Below, one piece after another: positions 8,895-17,271 of a stretch of 36,427 bases of DNA. The stretch's first letter is position 1, and every line of letters starts with the position of its first letter. Made by a program: the position numbers and the translations under genes. Location: IMG/VR virus record IMGVR_UViG_3300005613_000203, positions 1 through 36,427 of that record; one strand, 5' to 3'. The notes beneath the pieces were generated by a model that saw only the letters and a list, made by a program, of their open reading frames with translations, was not told the DNA's origin and searched no databases. Origin of the DNA: a virus.

Positions 8895-9233
8895 CTAATC
8901 AACTCCGTGAAATGCACTAAAATAGACGCTTCCTAATGTTGGTGCACTCCCTGTGTGTTTTACATATAACCGTTGACCTTCTGCCATAAAAAACCCAGTT
9001 GAAAGCGTTTTGTTCGCGGATATGTCAAGCACAAGATGCCCACGAGTTGGTAACGGAATATGATCATCAATTCCATCAAAGGAGAACATAACTTCTTCAT
9101 CGGTGAGATTCTGAATGACAATCATGCGCGCTGGATAATCAAGAGACGTACCAACACCCATATATGCAATCCCAATAGAAGCAAAGCCAAGAGACCGTAC
9201 CGCCTCGGGAACCATGCGAATAGCTAAACTCAT
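8895..9233 (-). CDS. Small virion-associated protein, paralogue of 9246..9575
   Basis: 112 aa. Shares length and the pattern I.N..D..V..S.DG.......L......F..G..Y........G.V with its neighbour. Confidence 0.45.
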   Translation of the reverse strand: MSLAIRMVPEAVRSLGFASIGIAYMGVGTSLDYPARMIVIQNLTDEEVMFSFDGIDDHIPLPTRGHLVLDISANKTLSTGFFMAEGQRLYVKHTGSAPTLGSVYFSAFHGVD

Positions 9234-9245
9234 ATACTCTCCTTA

Positions 9246-9575
9246 TTACTGGTAATAGCCAGCTAACATTACATACCCGGTTCCACCTGGATTAGCATTG
9301 GCATACACCTTAAAGCCAACAGGAAAGAGCCATTGATCAGATGAAGGAAGTGCCGCAGTTTGAGACGGAAACTGTAATATATCATGCGCCTCTAAATAGT
9401 CATTAATCGTTACTCCACCATCATAGCTAATGCCAACATCAACATCTGAAGCATTAATAATACGAATAACGGAACAAGCATTTGGCAAACCTGTTCCAAT
9501 TTCGCCCCATATCGCTGGGATGGTAGAAACATCAAGCTCTTTAAGCTCTATCGCCTTAACTCTCTGCGTTGCCAT
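9246..9575 (-). CDS. Small virion-associated protein, paralogue of 8895..9233
   Basis: 109-aa ORF adjacent to and colinear with its paralogue. Confidence 0.45.
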   Translation of the reverse strand: MATQRVKAIELKELDVSTIPAIWGEIGTGLPNACSVIRIINASDVDVGISYDGGVTINDYLEAHDILQFPSQTAALPSSDQWLFPVGFKVYANANPGGTGYVMLAGYYQ

Positions 9576-9783
9576 CTTCTTTTACCTCATCAATTACTTC
9601 TTCTTTTTCTGCTTCTTGAGCCTTTTGTTGCTCTTCCATCTTCTTAGAAAAGTCTACGATTTCTTTTGTAACTTCTATTGACGCATCGTAACAATCTTGC
9701 AGAGGAACACCATATGGCATATTAAATACGTATTTCTTGCCGTTTCTCTCTACTTCGATAACTATTGCTGACTGTAATGCCAT
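9556..9783 (-). CDS. Hypothetical protein with acidic Glu/Lys-rich C-terminus
   Basis: 75-aa ORF with GAAGGGA upstream of the ATG. Confidence 0.45.
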   Translation of the reverse strand: MALQSAIVIEVERNGKKYVFNMPYGVPLQDCYDASIEVTKEIVDFSKKMEEQQKAQEAEKEEVIDEVKEDGNAES

Positions 9784-9860
9784 AGAAAATCCCTTCTATA
9801 ATTAATGTTTAACATATATTCACTATAACCTACCTAATTCTGCGAACCAACGCTACAACT

Positions 9861-10508
9861 CTAGATTTTTACATGCTTCCAATTTTTTCCCCTTCTAATG
9901 TCTGCAATAGTCCCCGCTTCAACGCCAAATTCATATCCTAATCTTGTATTGCCCTCTCCAAGGGCTAATCTTTTTTTTATTTCACGCACTTGCACCTCTG
10001 TTAATTTAGACCAACTGCAATCATCACCCGCTACAGCCCTTCTACGCCCCTTTTTTACCATATCATCCCAATTGTCCTTAAATGTTCCCAAGAAGAGATG
10101 CTTATGGTTTACGCACGCTGGATTATCACAATGATGACAAACGCACATTCCCTTAGGAATTGGACCACGATTAATCATCCAAGAAACTCTATGCGCAGAC
10201 ATTGGCTTTCCCTCATATTGGACAGCGCCATACCCCCTCTTTATGAGCTTATTTTTCCACAATATACATCCAGAAACCTTATCTAGTTCTGTGTTTTTTT
10301 TAAATATTTTAAAGATATGTTCTCGCTTTTCTTCAACTGTCGCAGTCGCCCACTTAAACCTCTTCCCATACTTATGATATTTTGCGTTATAACAACTATT
10401 ACACACCTTATTTCGCCCGTAATAACGTCCCTTACAATAACTTCTGCTAAACTTTGTGATCTCTTTTTCTTGTAAGCACCACTTACATATTTGAGTTGAC
10501 ATGACCAT
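9861..10508 (-). CDS. Free-standing HNH homing endonuclease
   Basis: CVCHHCDNPACVNHKHLFLGTFKDNWDDM is an HNH_3-type core. N-terminal Cys-rich zinc motifs and a C-terminal HTH-like ...GTIADIRRGKNWKHV. The start may be M3 (10502), which has better SD spacing. Confidence 0.8.
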   Translation of the reverse strand: MVMSTQICKWCLQEKEITKFSRSYCKGRYYGRNKVCNSCYNAKYHKYGKRFKWATATVEEKREHIFKIFKKNTELDKVSGCILWKNKLIKRGYGAVQYEGKPMSAHRVSWMINRGPIPKGMCVCHHCDNPACVNHKHLFLGTFKDNWDDMVKKGRRRAVAGDDCSWSKLTEVQVREIKKRLALGEGNTRLGYEFGVEAGTIADIRRGKNWKHVKI

Positions 10509-10509
10509 A

Positions 10510-10542
10510 CCCTTGCTAAACGTATTTATTATTTAGCAAGGG
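10510..10542 (-). promoter_or_regulatory. 11-bp perfect stem hairpin covering the Shine-Dalgarno of the HNH gene
   Basis: Minus strand reads CCCTTGCTAAA-11 nt-TTTAGCAAGGG-T-ATG. A TTGACA (10562..10567) -17 nt- TACCCT (10539..10544) promoter-like pair overlaps the 5' arm. Confidence 0.45.
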
Positions 10543-10592
10543 TATGGGCATGCTAAGTTCCTGTCAATAGCGACAGTCTGTCGATAGTTATA

Positions 10593-13500
10593 TTAGTCTA
10601 ACAACCAGAACGATGCCACTATATCTCCGTTTCCTTGTGCTGGACCGTTATTCTTACAATGAAGAATAATATGACCTGCAGTCGCCATATTTACACCATT
10701 AAGCGTAATATCACAGTCGGCCGCACCGCTATAACTCATTGTAACAAATATTGTTTTGCCAGCTGCTGCATAGCTACAGGTAATGTCAAAATCAATGTCG
10801 GCAGCGGCTGCAGGAGTTTGGGAAGTAAATGTTACTTTTCCAACCCGAGCATCAAGTGTCGTTGCAACACCTGCGACGCTCGCAGTTGCTGGAGTCATGG
10901 AAACAATACCGCCTGCATTGATGTCGATACCACCTGTACCTGCATCAAGAGAAATATCGGTTGCTCCTGTTGTATTACCAATGGCAATTGCACGAGCTGC
11001 TGCGCCTGTACCAATATTGATTGCCTGCGCATCTGCATCATTACCAATACCAATTGCACCTGCTGAAGAATTAAGCTCTAATACGCCATCAGCATCTAAT
11101 GTTAATGTTCCCGCTGTATCAAGTGCAATATTGCCCGCAGCTGCGTTACCGATTGTAACGGCACCTGTTGATGTACCCGTATTAATGGATACGTTAGCAT
11201 TAACACTGTCATTAATGAGCGTTGTTGCATCAACATTAACGGTTGTATTTGCGCCGCCGCCAACATTTACGGTTTTTGTGCCGGTTCCTGTTGATACGTT
11301 TGTTGCAACGGTACCTGCTGCTGCGTTACCGCTTTGAATGTTAACGGTATGTGTTCCGGATGTAATTGCACCTGCACCGATATTGGTGATAACTTGACCA
11401 GTTGTTACGCCACCATTATTTACGTTTACGGTTTTTACACTGGTTGCATTTGTTGTTGCACCATCGGGACCAATATCGATCGTATCGGTTACTGCTGCGG
11501 TTACAACGGTTCCACCACCAACGGTTATGGTTCTATTGGCAGTTGGAGCGATATCGCCCATATCTATTGTTGTACAATCCGCCTGATTACCAATCAAGAT
11601 TCCGCCTGTTCCGGCATTTAATTCGATTCCACCTGCTCCGTCAGAAGCTGTAATTTGAATTGCGTCAGATACGGCTTCATCTGAGGTGAGGATAATTGAA
11701 CCTGCTGATGAATCTAATGTTAAATCATTGGTTGCGCTTACATCAATGACACCGCCTGCGAGTAAGGTCAGTGCACCTGTACCAGATTGAAGCGTTGTTT
11801 CAGCTGTTCCAGTTACCGATCCTACTGTTGTGTTATGATCAGCAGCATTACTTCCAATATTAAGATCACCGGTTCCACAATTAACATCAATCGAAGTAGC
11901 ACCTGTAGCGTTACCAATGGTAATTGCTCTTGCGGCTGCACCTGTTCCAATATTAATCGCATTCGCATCAGCACCTGTTCCAAAGCCAAGAGCACCCCCT
12001 GTAGAATCTATTGTTACTGCACCTACCGCATTTACATCAAAAATACCGCCAGCAGTAAAGGTTAACGCCCCTGTTCCTGCTTGAAGGGTTGTTGCTGCTG
12101 CACCTGTTACCGATCCAACCGTTGTGGTATGAGCTACCGCATTTGAACCAATATTTACGGCACCTGTGCCAGAATTTAATACAACTGAAGTTGCACCTGT
12201 TGCGTTACCAATGGTTATTGTTCGAGCAGCTGCGCCTGTACCAATATTGATATTATTTGCATCAGCATCTTCACCAATTCCAATTGTTCCGCCGGTAGAA
12301 TCTAAGGTAATATTTCCTGTTGCATTAAGATCAAATGCGCCACCTGCGGTAAAGGTAAATGCTCCGGTACCTGTTTGCAATGTTAATGCGGAAGCGCCAG
12401 TTGTAGAACCAACAGTTGTGTCATGTTCAGTAGCATTTGCCCCAAGATCAACTGCGCCTGTACCTGCATTAATTACGACTGATGTAGCACCGGTTGCGTT
12501 ACCAACAGTGATCGTTCTGGCTGCTGCCCCTGTACCAATATTTATATCATTTGCGTCAGCATCTTCACCAAGACCTAATGTTCCACCTGAAGAATCGATC
12601 GTTACATTGCCAACAGCATTAACATCAAGTGTATCGCCGGCTGTAAAGGTTAATGCCCCTGTTCCTGCTTGAATGGTGGTATCAGCTGCACCGGTTGTTG
12701 AACCTACCGTTGTTGTATGGGCAACAGCATTTGCCCCAATATCAACGGCGCCAGTACCTGCGTTAAGTACAACAGATGTTGCGCCCGTTGCATTACCAAC
12801 CGTAATTGTTCGTGCAGCTGCGCCAGTACCAATATTGATATTATTAGCATCCGCATCACTACCGATTCCAATAACACCAGCAGAAGAATTAAGTTCAAGT
12901 ACACCATCGGCATCCAAGAGCAATGTTCCTGCTGTATCAAGTGCGATATTACCTGCTGCTGCGTTACCAATGGTTACAGCTCCTGTTGATGTACCGGTGT
13001 TAATGGATGTGGCAACGTCAATGGAATCGTTTATAAGTGTAATACCATCAATGTTAACAGTTGTAAGGCCGTCGGCATTACCAAAGTTAACTGTTTTGGT
13101 TCCTGTGCCGGTTGAGATGTTTGTTGCAACGGTACCAGCTGCTGCGTTACCTGTTTGAATGCTTACGGTATGAGTTCCTGATGTAATAGCACCAGTGGCA
13201 ACATTCGTTAAAACTTCGCCAAGCGTTACGCCACCTGTATTTACATTAACTGTCTTGATACTGTTTGCATTTGTTGTTGCACCGTCTGGACCAATATCGA
13301 TTGTATCGGTTACTGCTGCGGTTACAACGGTTCCACCACCAACGGTAATTGTTCTATTTGCAGTTGGAGCAAAATCACCAACATCAATTGTTGTACAGTC
13401 GGCTTGGTTACCAATAAGAATGCCACCTGTTCCTGCAGCCATGGTAATTCCACCAGCAGCGTCTGAAGCATCTAAGCTAATCGCATTTGCCGCATTTAAG

Positions 13501-14129
13501 GCAGCGTCTAATTCTATACCGCCAGCATTTGAAGTAAGCGCAATAGAAGCAGCATCGGTTGAGTTAGTTGTATTAACAAGAATTTCACCAGCAACTGCAC
13601 GTAACTCAATAGCGTCTGCTGCGGTGCCTTGGGTATTAATAAGTTGAATAGTTTCAGTTGTGCCACCGTTTGTTTGAAGCAAAATTGCAGGGTCAGTATT
13701 AGAGGTAACGGTAATATCAAAAAGAGAAGCACTCGTAATATCAATATCACCATTAAGAGTTGTTGTTCCTGCAACGGTTAAATCACCCGACATAGTGACC
13801 GTTCCGGCACCATTATCAAAGTTAACGGTACCACTGCTTATTGTTGTAGTACTTCCTGCCGCTTGAACATCAAGATCACCGGTTGTTATATCAACAGATG
13901 TAAACGTTCCAACACCGGATGCTGGCGATGTTGACCAGGTTGCTGACCCTGCTGCAATCTTTGCTAATACGTATACCGCTGCGGTAGATTTATTAACCCA
14001 AGTGGTTCCGATTTCAGCAAAGTCATTCGTTGTTGGATTCCTCGTTGCCTGAATTACTAACGGGGCAAGTTGTACGTCTGTTCCATCAGCCGCATAGGTA
14101 AAGCGACTGCGATATTTTCTGTATGCCAT
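10593..14129 (-). CDS. Giant repeat-containing fibre / adhesin-like virion protein (1178 aa)
   Basis: Uninterrupted ORF with AAGGAG upstream. Thr/Gly/Ala/Asn/Ile-rich beta-helix-like repeats and a distinct globular C-terminus (...VTFTSQTPAAAADIDFDITCSY...ASFWLLD). Confidence 0.7.
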   Translation of the reverse strand: MAYRKYRSRFTYAADGTDVQLAPLVIQATRNPTTNDFAEIGTTWVNKSTAAVYVLAKIAAGSATWSTSPASGVGTFTSVDITTGDLDVQAAGSTTTISSGTVNFDNGAGTVTMSGDLTVAGTTTLNGDIDITSASLFDITVTSNTDPAILLQTNGGTTETIQLINTQGTAADAIELRAVAGEILVNTTNSTDAASIALTSNAGGIELDAALNAANAISLDASDAAGGITMAAGTGGILIGNQADCTTIDVGDFAPTANRTITVGGGTVVTAAVTDTIDIGPDGATTNANSIKTVNVNTGGVTLGEVLTNVATGAITSGTHTVSIQTGNAAAGTVATNISTGTGTKTVNFGNADGLTTVNIDGITLINDSIDVATSINTGTSTGAVTIGNAAAGNIALDTAGTLLLDADGVLELNSSAGVIGIGSDADANNINIGTGAAARTITVGNATGATSVVLNAGTGAVDIGANAVAHTTTVGSTTGAADTTIQAGTGALTFTAGDTLDVNAVGNVTIDSSGGTLGLGEDADANDINIGTGAAARTITVGNATGATSVVINAGTGAVDLGANATEHDTTVGSTTGASALTLQTGTGAFTFTAGGAFDLNATGNITLDSTGGTIGIGEDADANNINIGTGAAARTITIGNATGATSVVLNSGTGAVNIGSNAVAHTTTVGSVTGAAATTLQAGTGALTFTAGGIFDVNAVGAVTIDSTGGALGFGTGADANAINIGTGAAARAITIGNATGATSIDVNCGTGDLNIGSNAADHNTTVGSVTGTAETTLQSGTGALTLLAGGVIDVSATNDLTLDSSAGSIILTSDEAVSDAIQITASDGAGGIELNAGTGGILIGNQADCTTIDMGDIAPTANRTITVGGGTVVTAAVTDTIDIGPDGATTNATSVKTVNVNNGGVTTGQVITNIGAGAITSGTHTVNIQSGNAAAGTVATNVSTGTGTKTVNVGGGANTTVNVDATTLINDSVNANVSINTGTSTGAVTIGNAAAGNIALDTAGTLTLDADGVLELNSSAGAIGIGNDADAQAINIGTGAAARAIAIGNTTGATDISLDAGTGGIDINAGGIVSMTPATASVAGVATTLDARVGKVTFTSQTPAAAADIDFDITCSYAAAGKTIFVTMSYSGAADCDITLNGVNMATAGHIILHCKNNGPAQGNGDIVASFWLLD
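10962..11612 (-). repeat. About 650-nt direct repeat, copy 2 (aa 840-1056 of the fibre)
   Basis: Same module as 12780..13433, with one 1-aa indel and scattered substitutions. Confidence 0.8.
11694..12869 (-). repeat. Four in-frame tandem repeats of 294 nt (98 aa) inside the 1178-aa gene
   Basis: Units begin at G421, G519, G617 and G715 (G[ILF]G..ADAN.INIGTGAAAR.IT[VI]GNATGATS...). The period is exactly 98 aa. Confidence 0.85.
12780..13433 (-). repeat. About 650-nt direct repeat, copy 1 (aa 233-450 of the fibre)
   Basis: GTGGILIGNQADCTTID[VM]GD[FI]APTANRTITVGGGTVVTAAVTDTIDIGPDGATTN... recurs about 607 aa downstream. The nucleotide strings are visibly similar. Confidence 0.8.
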
Positions 14130-14214
14130 ATACAGTTCTCCTTATAAATAAAATAACCTACCTTCAGTACACCTCTGCCACCCTATAAAATCAACATTTC
14201 TCTTTAAGTTTTGT

Positions 14215-14230
14215 GTTAACCATGTTAACC
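14215..14230. promoter_or_regulatory. Tandem GTTAACC half-sites (GTTAACCatGTTAACC), candidate RHH operator overlapping a TTAACC-18 nt-TATACT promoter
   Basis: Read directly. Lies 33 nt upstream of the RHH gene start, and the motif recurs at 14675..14690. Confidence 0.4.
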
Positions 14231-14262
14231 TAAGGTTTGTATACTCTAATAGCGGGATAATT

Positions 14263-14448
14263 ATGGGAAATGAACGAAAAGGCTACAAGCGCATGACATT
14301 TTTTTTACAGAACAACATAGCCCTGCAAGTAGCAGAAAATGCATATCAAGAACGTGAAACGTTAACTGAATATATAACAGGCGCTATTTTGAAAAGGATT
14401 AAGGATGAACGACTCCAAAAACTCAACGATGCTCAAAAAAGTGTGTAG
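14263..14448 (+). CDS. Ribbon-helix-helix (CopG/Arc-like) DNA-binding protein
   Basis: KRMTFFLQNNIALQVAENAYQERETLTEYITGAILKRI fits a beta-strand plus two helices. First gene of the plus-strand cassette. Confidence 0.55.
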   Translation: MGNERKGYKRMTFFLQNNIALQVAENAYQERETLTEYITGAILKRIKDERLQKLNDAQKSV

Positions 14449-14662
14449 ACATTGCAAAAAAGAGTTCTCATACGACCCAACCAAGCGACGAGATCCTAAA
14501 TTTTGCAACCTTCAGTGCTACTGGCGCTACCAACAAGAACCAAAGATCTACGTACGCACCAGAAAAGAGTCGCGAATAGACCTTATGAACATTGTTATCG
14601 TAGCATTTCTCATAGTAACAGCATGCATGATGGGCGTATTGCTTTATAAACTTATAGTTTAG
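14405..14662 (+). CDS. Zinc-ribbon protein with C-terminal transmembrane anchor
   Basis: CRHC...CNLQC motif, then MNIVIVAFLIVTACMMGVLLYKLIV. The start is uncertain (M1 at 14405 or M9 at 14429); both overlap the RHH gene. Confidence 0.45.
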   Translation: MNDSKNSTMLKKVCRHCKKEFSYDPTKRRDPKFCNLQCYWRYQQEPKIYVRTRKESRIDLMNIVIVAFLIVTACMMGVLLYKLIV

Positions 14663-14674
14663 CTTGACACTTGT

Positions 14675-14690
14675 GGTAACCGTGTTAACC
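14675..14690. promoter_or_regulatory. Second copy of the tandem half-site motif (GGTAACCgtGTTAACC), preceded by TTGACA at 14664..14669
   Basis: Read directly. Upstream of 14723..15004. Confidence 0.35.
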
Positions 14691-14722
14691 TATAGATATG
14701 TTGTTATTTATAGGGAGTTAAC

Positions 14723-15004
14723 ATGAGCTTTATTAAGCGAGATAAATTATGGGAATCGGTAGCGAAGGAAGCGTATAAGGCGCAGAAAAAGCGTAAAGAG
14801 TATGAAGAAATGGAGCGAGAGCTTTTAAGCAAGTTGAAACAGTTGTCATCTGAGCAAAGTTCAGAGGCTGGAGGTTTTAGATTCCAGCGTATTGAGCGTA
14901 AGGGAGCCGTAAAGTATTCTGCTATTCCAGCTCTCCAAAATATCAATTTAGACGAATATCGAAGTGAGACGCCAGTGGTTAGTTGGAAACTCTTTAGATA
15001 TTAG
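14723..15004 (+). CDS. Hypothetical protein (93 aa)
   Basis: ORF with GGGAG upstream. Charged helical N-terminus. No family recognised. Confidence 0.45.
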   Translation: MSFIKRDKLWESVAKEAYKAQKKRKEYEEMERELLSKLKQLSSEQSSEAGGFRFQRIERKGAVKYSAIPALQNINLDEYRSETPVVSWKLFRY

Positions 15005-15008
15005 GAAT

Positions 15009-15089
15009 ATGATGGCAACAATGCAATATATAATTATAGTTGTTTTACTTATCGCTATTTTAAATTCAATACCTACTGATTATGAGTAA
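15009..15089 (+). CDS. Possible 26-aa hydrophobic peptide
   Basis: Manual translation gives MMATMQYIIIVVLLIAILNSIPTDYE*. Its 3' end overlaps the convergent 15073..17271 gene. Very short, so speculative. Confidence 0.2.
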   Translation: MMATMQYIIIVVLLIAILNSIPTDYE

Positions 15090-17271
15090 ATTTGTCGGCC
15101 TTTTTGTTAAGTTTGTTAAGGGTTGATGCAATGTTTTTAGCGTTATCTTTTGCTGATGCTGCAGTAAGTTCCCATAGCAATTTTTTACCGCTATCGGTTT
15201 TTCCTAGTTCATTTAAAAATTTGACAGCTTTGGTGGCTTTTTCTGCTGCTTTTGCGCCACCATACAAAGCAGCGCCACTTGCAGCAATTGTTCTTGTACC
15301 TGGAAGAATACCACCAAGAACCGCTACCGCTCCCTGTGCAATAGGGTTTTTTACTACTTTACCAAACATTCCACTTTCAGAATTCATCCATCGCTGTAAA
15401 CCTGTTTGCCAGTTTTTTATTTTATAGAGATTATCCGCGTGTTTCCAAGTTTCACCCCATTTAGGGTTTGAAGACGCTATATCATCTAGTCTATTTAAGA
15501 AAATTTTTTGAAGTCGTTTGTTAAATTGATTTTCAACTGATTTTCCGCCAGACCATAATTGATTAAGGTTTTTCTTAATATCAAATACATCGGCTGCTGT
15601 TAAATTAGGCTTTGTGGCAAGATTTTCTGCTACCTTTATATTTTCTAATGTTCGAGACTTTTGGGCCTGAGAAAATCGTGGGCTTGTAAATTTTTTTTCT
15701 ACATCAGAGTAAAGATCTTCAATTGGTTTTCTTATTGGATCCGAATCAACTTTTATCTTTGATCCAAGTTCCTTTTCTGCCTCATACGTCTTATTAATAT
15801 AGTCACCAATCTTTGAAGGATCTTTTTTTATCATTGACGCAAGTTTTCCAAATCCTGCTGATCCTAAAATTCCAGCGCCTATTTGTAACCATGGATTATC
15901 GGTGAGTTTTTCTGATACAGCTAACCCTAAACTTCCTGCTAAATCAGCACCAAGCTTGCCAGCCATAGAACCACCACCTAAAAATAGCATTGGCCAATTT
16001 CCAGCGGTATAATCAAGAGCCTTTTCAAAGACATTTTCAGGCGTTGCACCCCCAAAAGCTTCTTTTATGTTAGAAGCATTATAAAGATTTTCTCTGTCTG
16101 TTGGTTGTGGAATAATTCCCTTAGATGAGAGATATTCCATTCCATGCAAAGGCAATTCTGCTAGTTTGAATGGAGCAGCAGCGGCTGTACCTAATAAACC
16201 TTTTGCTTTTTCAGCGAAAGAAGCATTTTCCTTTTGAGGAATGGCTTCTACTGGGGAAGGTTCCTCTTTCGCTATAGCAGAAGACTCTTCTTCACTTGCC
16301 TGGTTCAAATCTTTTTTTTTTAAAGCATTAATTTTTTCTTGTGCAATATCTTCGATGCGCAATGCCATATCAACTGGAGATAAGTTTTTATTTCCCTTAA
16401 AAGCATCAATAACTGCATCTGCCCGTGCTTTTTTAGCTTGATATAGGCTATCAAAATTGTCATAAATGAGTTGCCTTCCCTCTTCAGATTGCATAAGAGA
16501 TGGAAGCATTTTTTTAAACTCTTCAAACTCTACACCTAGAGGCCGAGCGCCAAACGTATCCTTGAAGCTATCATAGAAACTTTTACTTTCAGACATGAAA
16601 GCTTGACTCTCTGGAGATAAAAGCCAGTCCATTCCTGTTTTTTGAAGCAATTTTACGGTAGCAGGGTGATTTAATTTCCCGCTCGCTGAATATTTTTTTA
16701 TATTATTAAGAGAATTAATCTGCTTATCTAGTTTCGCGCGCTGTTTAACAGCCTCATCAATGTCTTTTTTATAAGCCATCTCGCGCTGTTCTGTCATTTT
16801 TTGACCAGCAAGTCGTTCTCGTTGGCCCATTGCTTGCTTTTTTAGCCCAACTTGTGCAAGTTGCGTTGCTTGTTGCGCAGTAAGATTCGTTGGCATCTGA
16901 GGAGAAAGTTTAGTTTCTGGTGTTGCAACCTGAGGAAGCATTTGCTGCTCTTCTGATGCCAATCCTGCAAGAGATCCTGCTGGCTGTTGTTCGCCTAATA
17001 TTCCTGATAATGCCTGCGCAAATGCTTGTTGCTGTGGAGCTTGCACGCGCTGTTTAACAACTTCTCGCTGAACCATAGGATCAAGTAATGAAACGTTTTG
17101 AGCTTGTTCTGGTGAAAAACCAAGACCCTCTAAGCCGGGAGCTCCTTGTGTGCGAAGCATATTTTGCAGTTTTTGCTGCGCCAACATCCCAAGAGCCTGC
17201 TGAATACCAGACCCAAGTGCATCGCCAAGATTTTTTCCCATTCCAGTATTCGGTAATATTTGCACTGCCAT
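15073..17271 (-). CDS. Internal virion / ejection-like protein (732 aa) with Gln-rich N-terminus and Gly-rich hydrophobic segments
   Basis: Position between the tail and fibre genes. Has coiled-coil and putative membrane segments (GNWPMLFLGGGSMAGKLGADLAGSLGLAV; AVAVLGGILPG...). No enzymatic motif recognised. Confidence 0.45.
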   Translation of the reverse strand: MAVQILPNTGMGKNLGDALGSGIQQALGMLAQQKLQNMLRTQGAPGLEGLGFSPEQAQNVSLLDPMVQREVVKQRVQAPQQQAFAQALSGILGEQQPAGSLAGLASEEQQMLPQVATPETKLSPQMPTNLTAQQATQLAQVGLKKQAMGQRERLAGQKMTEQREMAYKKDIDEAVKQRAKLDKQINSLNNIKKYSASGKLNHPATVKLLQKTGMDWLLSPESQAFMSESKSFYDSFKDTFGARPLGVEFEEFKKMLPSLMQSEEGRQLIYDNFDSLYQAKKARADAVIDAFKGNKNLSPVDMALRIEDIAQEKINALKKKDLNQASEEESSAIAKEEPSPVEAIPQKENASFAEKAKGLLGTAAAAPFKLAELPLHGMEYLSSKGIIPQPTDRENLYNASNIKEAFGGATPENVFEKALDYTAGNWPMLFLGGGSMAGKLGADLAGSLGLAVSEKLTDNPWLQIGAGILGSAGFGKLASMIKKDPSKIGDYINKTYEAEKELGSKIKVDSDPIRKPIEDLYSDVEKKFTSPRFSQAQKSRTLENIKVAENLATKPNLTAADVFDIKKNLNQLWSGGKSVENQFNKRLQKIFLNRLDDIASSNPKWGETWKHADNLYKIKNWQTGLQRWMNSESGMFGKVVKNPIAQGAVAVLGGILPGTRTIAASGAALYGGAKAAEKATKAVKFLNELGKTDSGKKLLWELTAASAKDNAKNIASTLNKLNKKADKFTHNQ

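Noticed and set aside
11694-12869. Regular 294-nt repeats as a CRISPR array or non-coding satellite
   Set aside because: The repeats are contiguous with no spacers, far longer than CRISPR repeats, and lie in one uninterrupted reading frame with a period divisible by three.
10593-14129. Diversity-generating retroelement (template/variable repeat pair) as the explanation for the duplicated fibre modules
   Set aside because: No reverse transcriptase gene anywhere in the genome. Both copies lie inside the same ORF. Their differences are scattered over many residue types rather than confined to a C-terminal variable region.
4073-14129. Numerous plus-strand ORFs (60-184 aa) inside the fibre genes, such as 5708..6034, 10783..11337, 12166..12672 and 12673..13158
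   Set aside because: They are antisense shadows of the Gly/Ala/Thr/Val-rich minus-strand genes (low-complexity A/V/P-rich translations). They lack RBS context and completely overlap long, well-supported ORFs.
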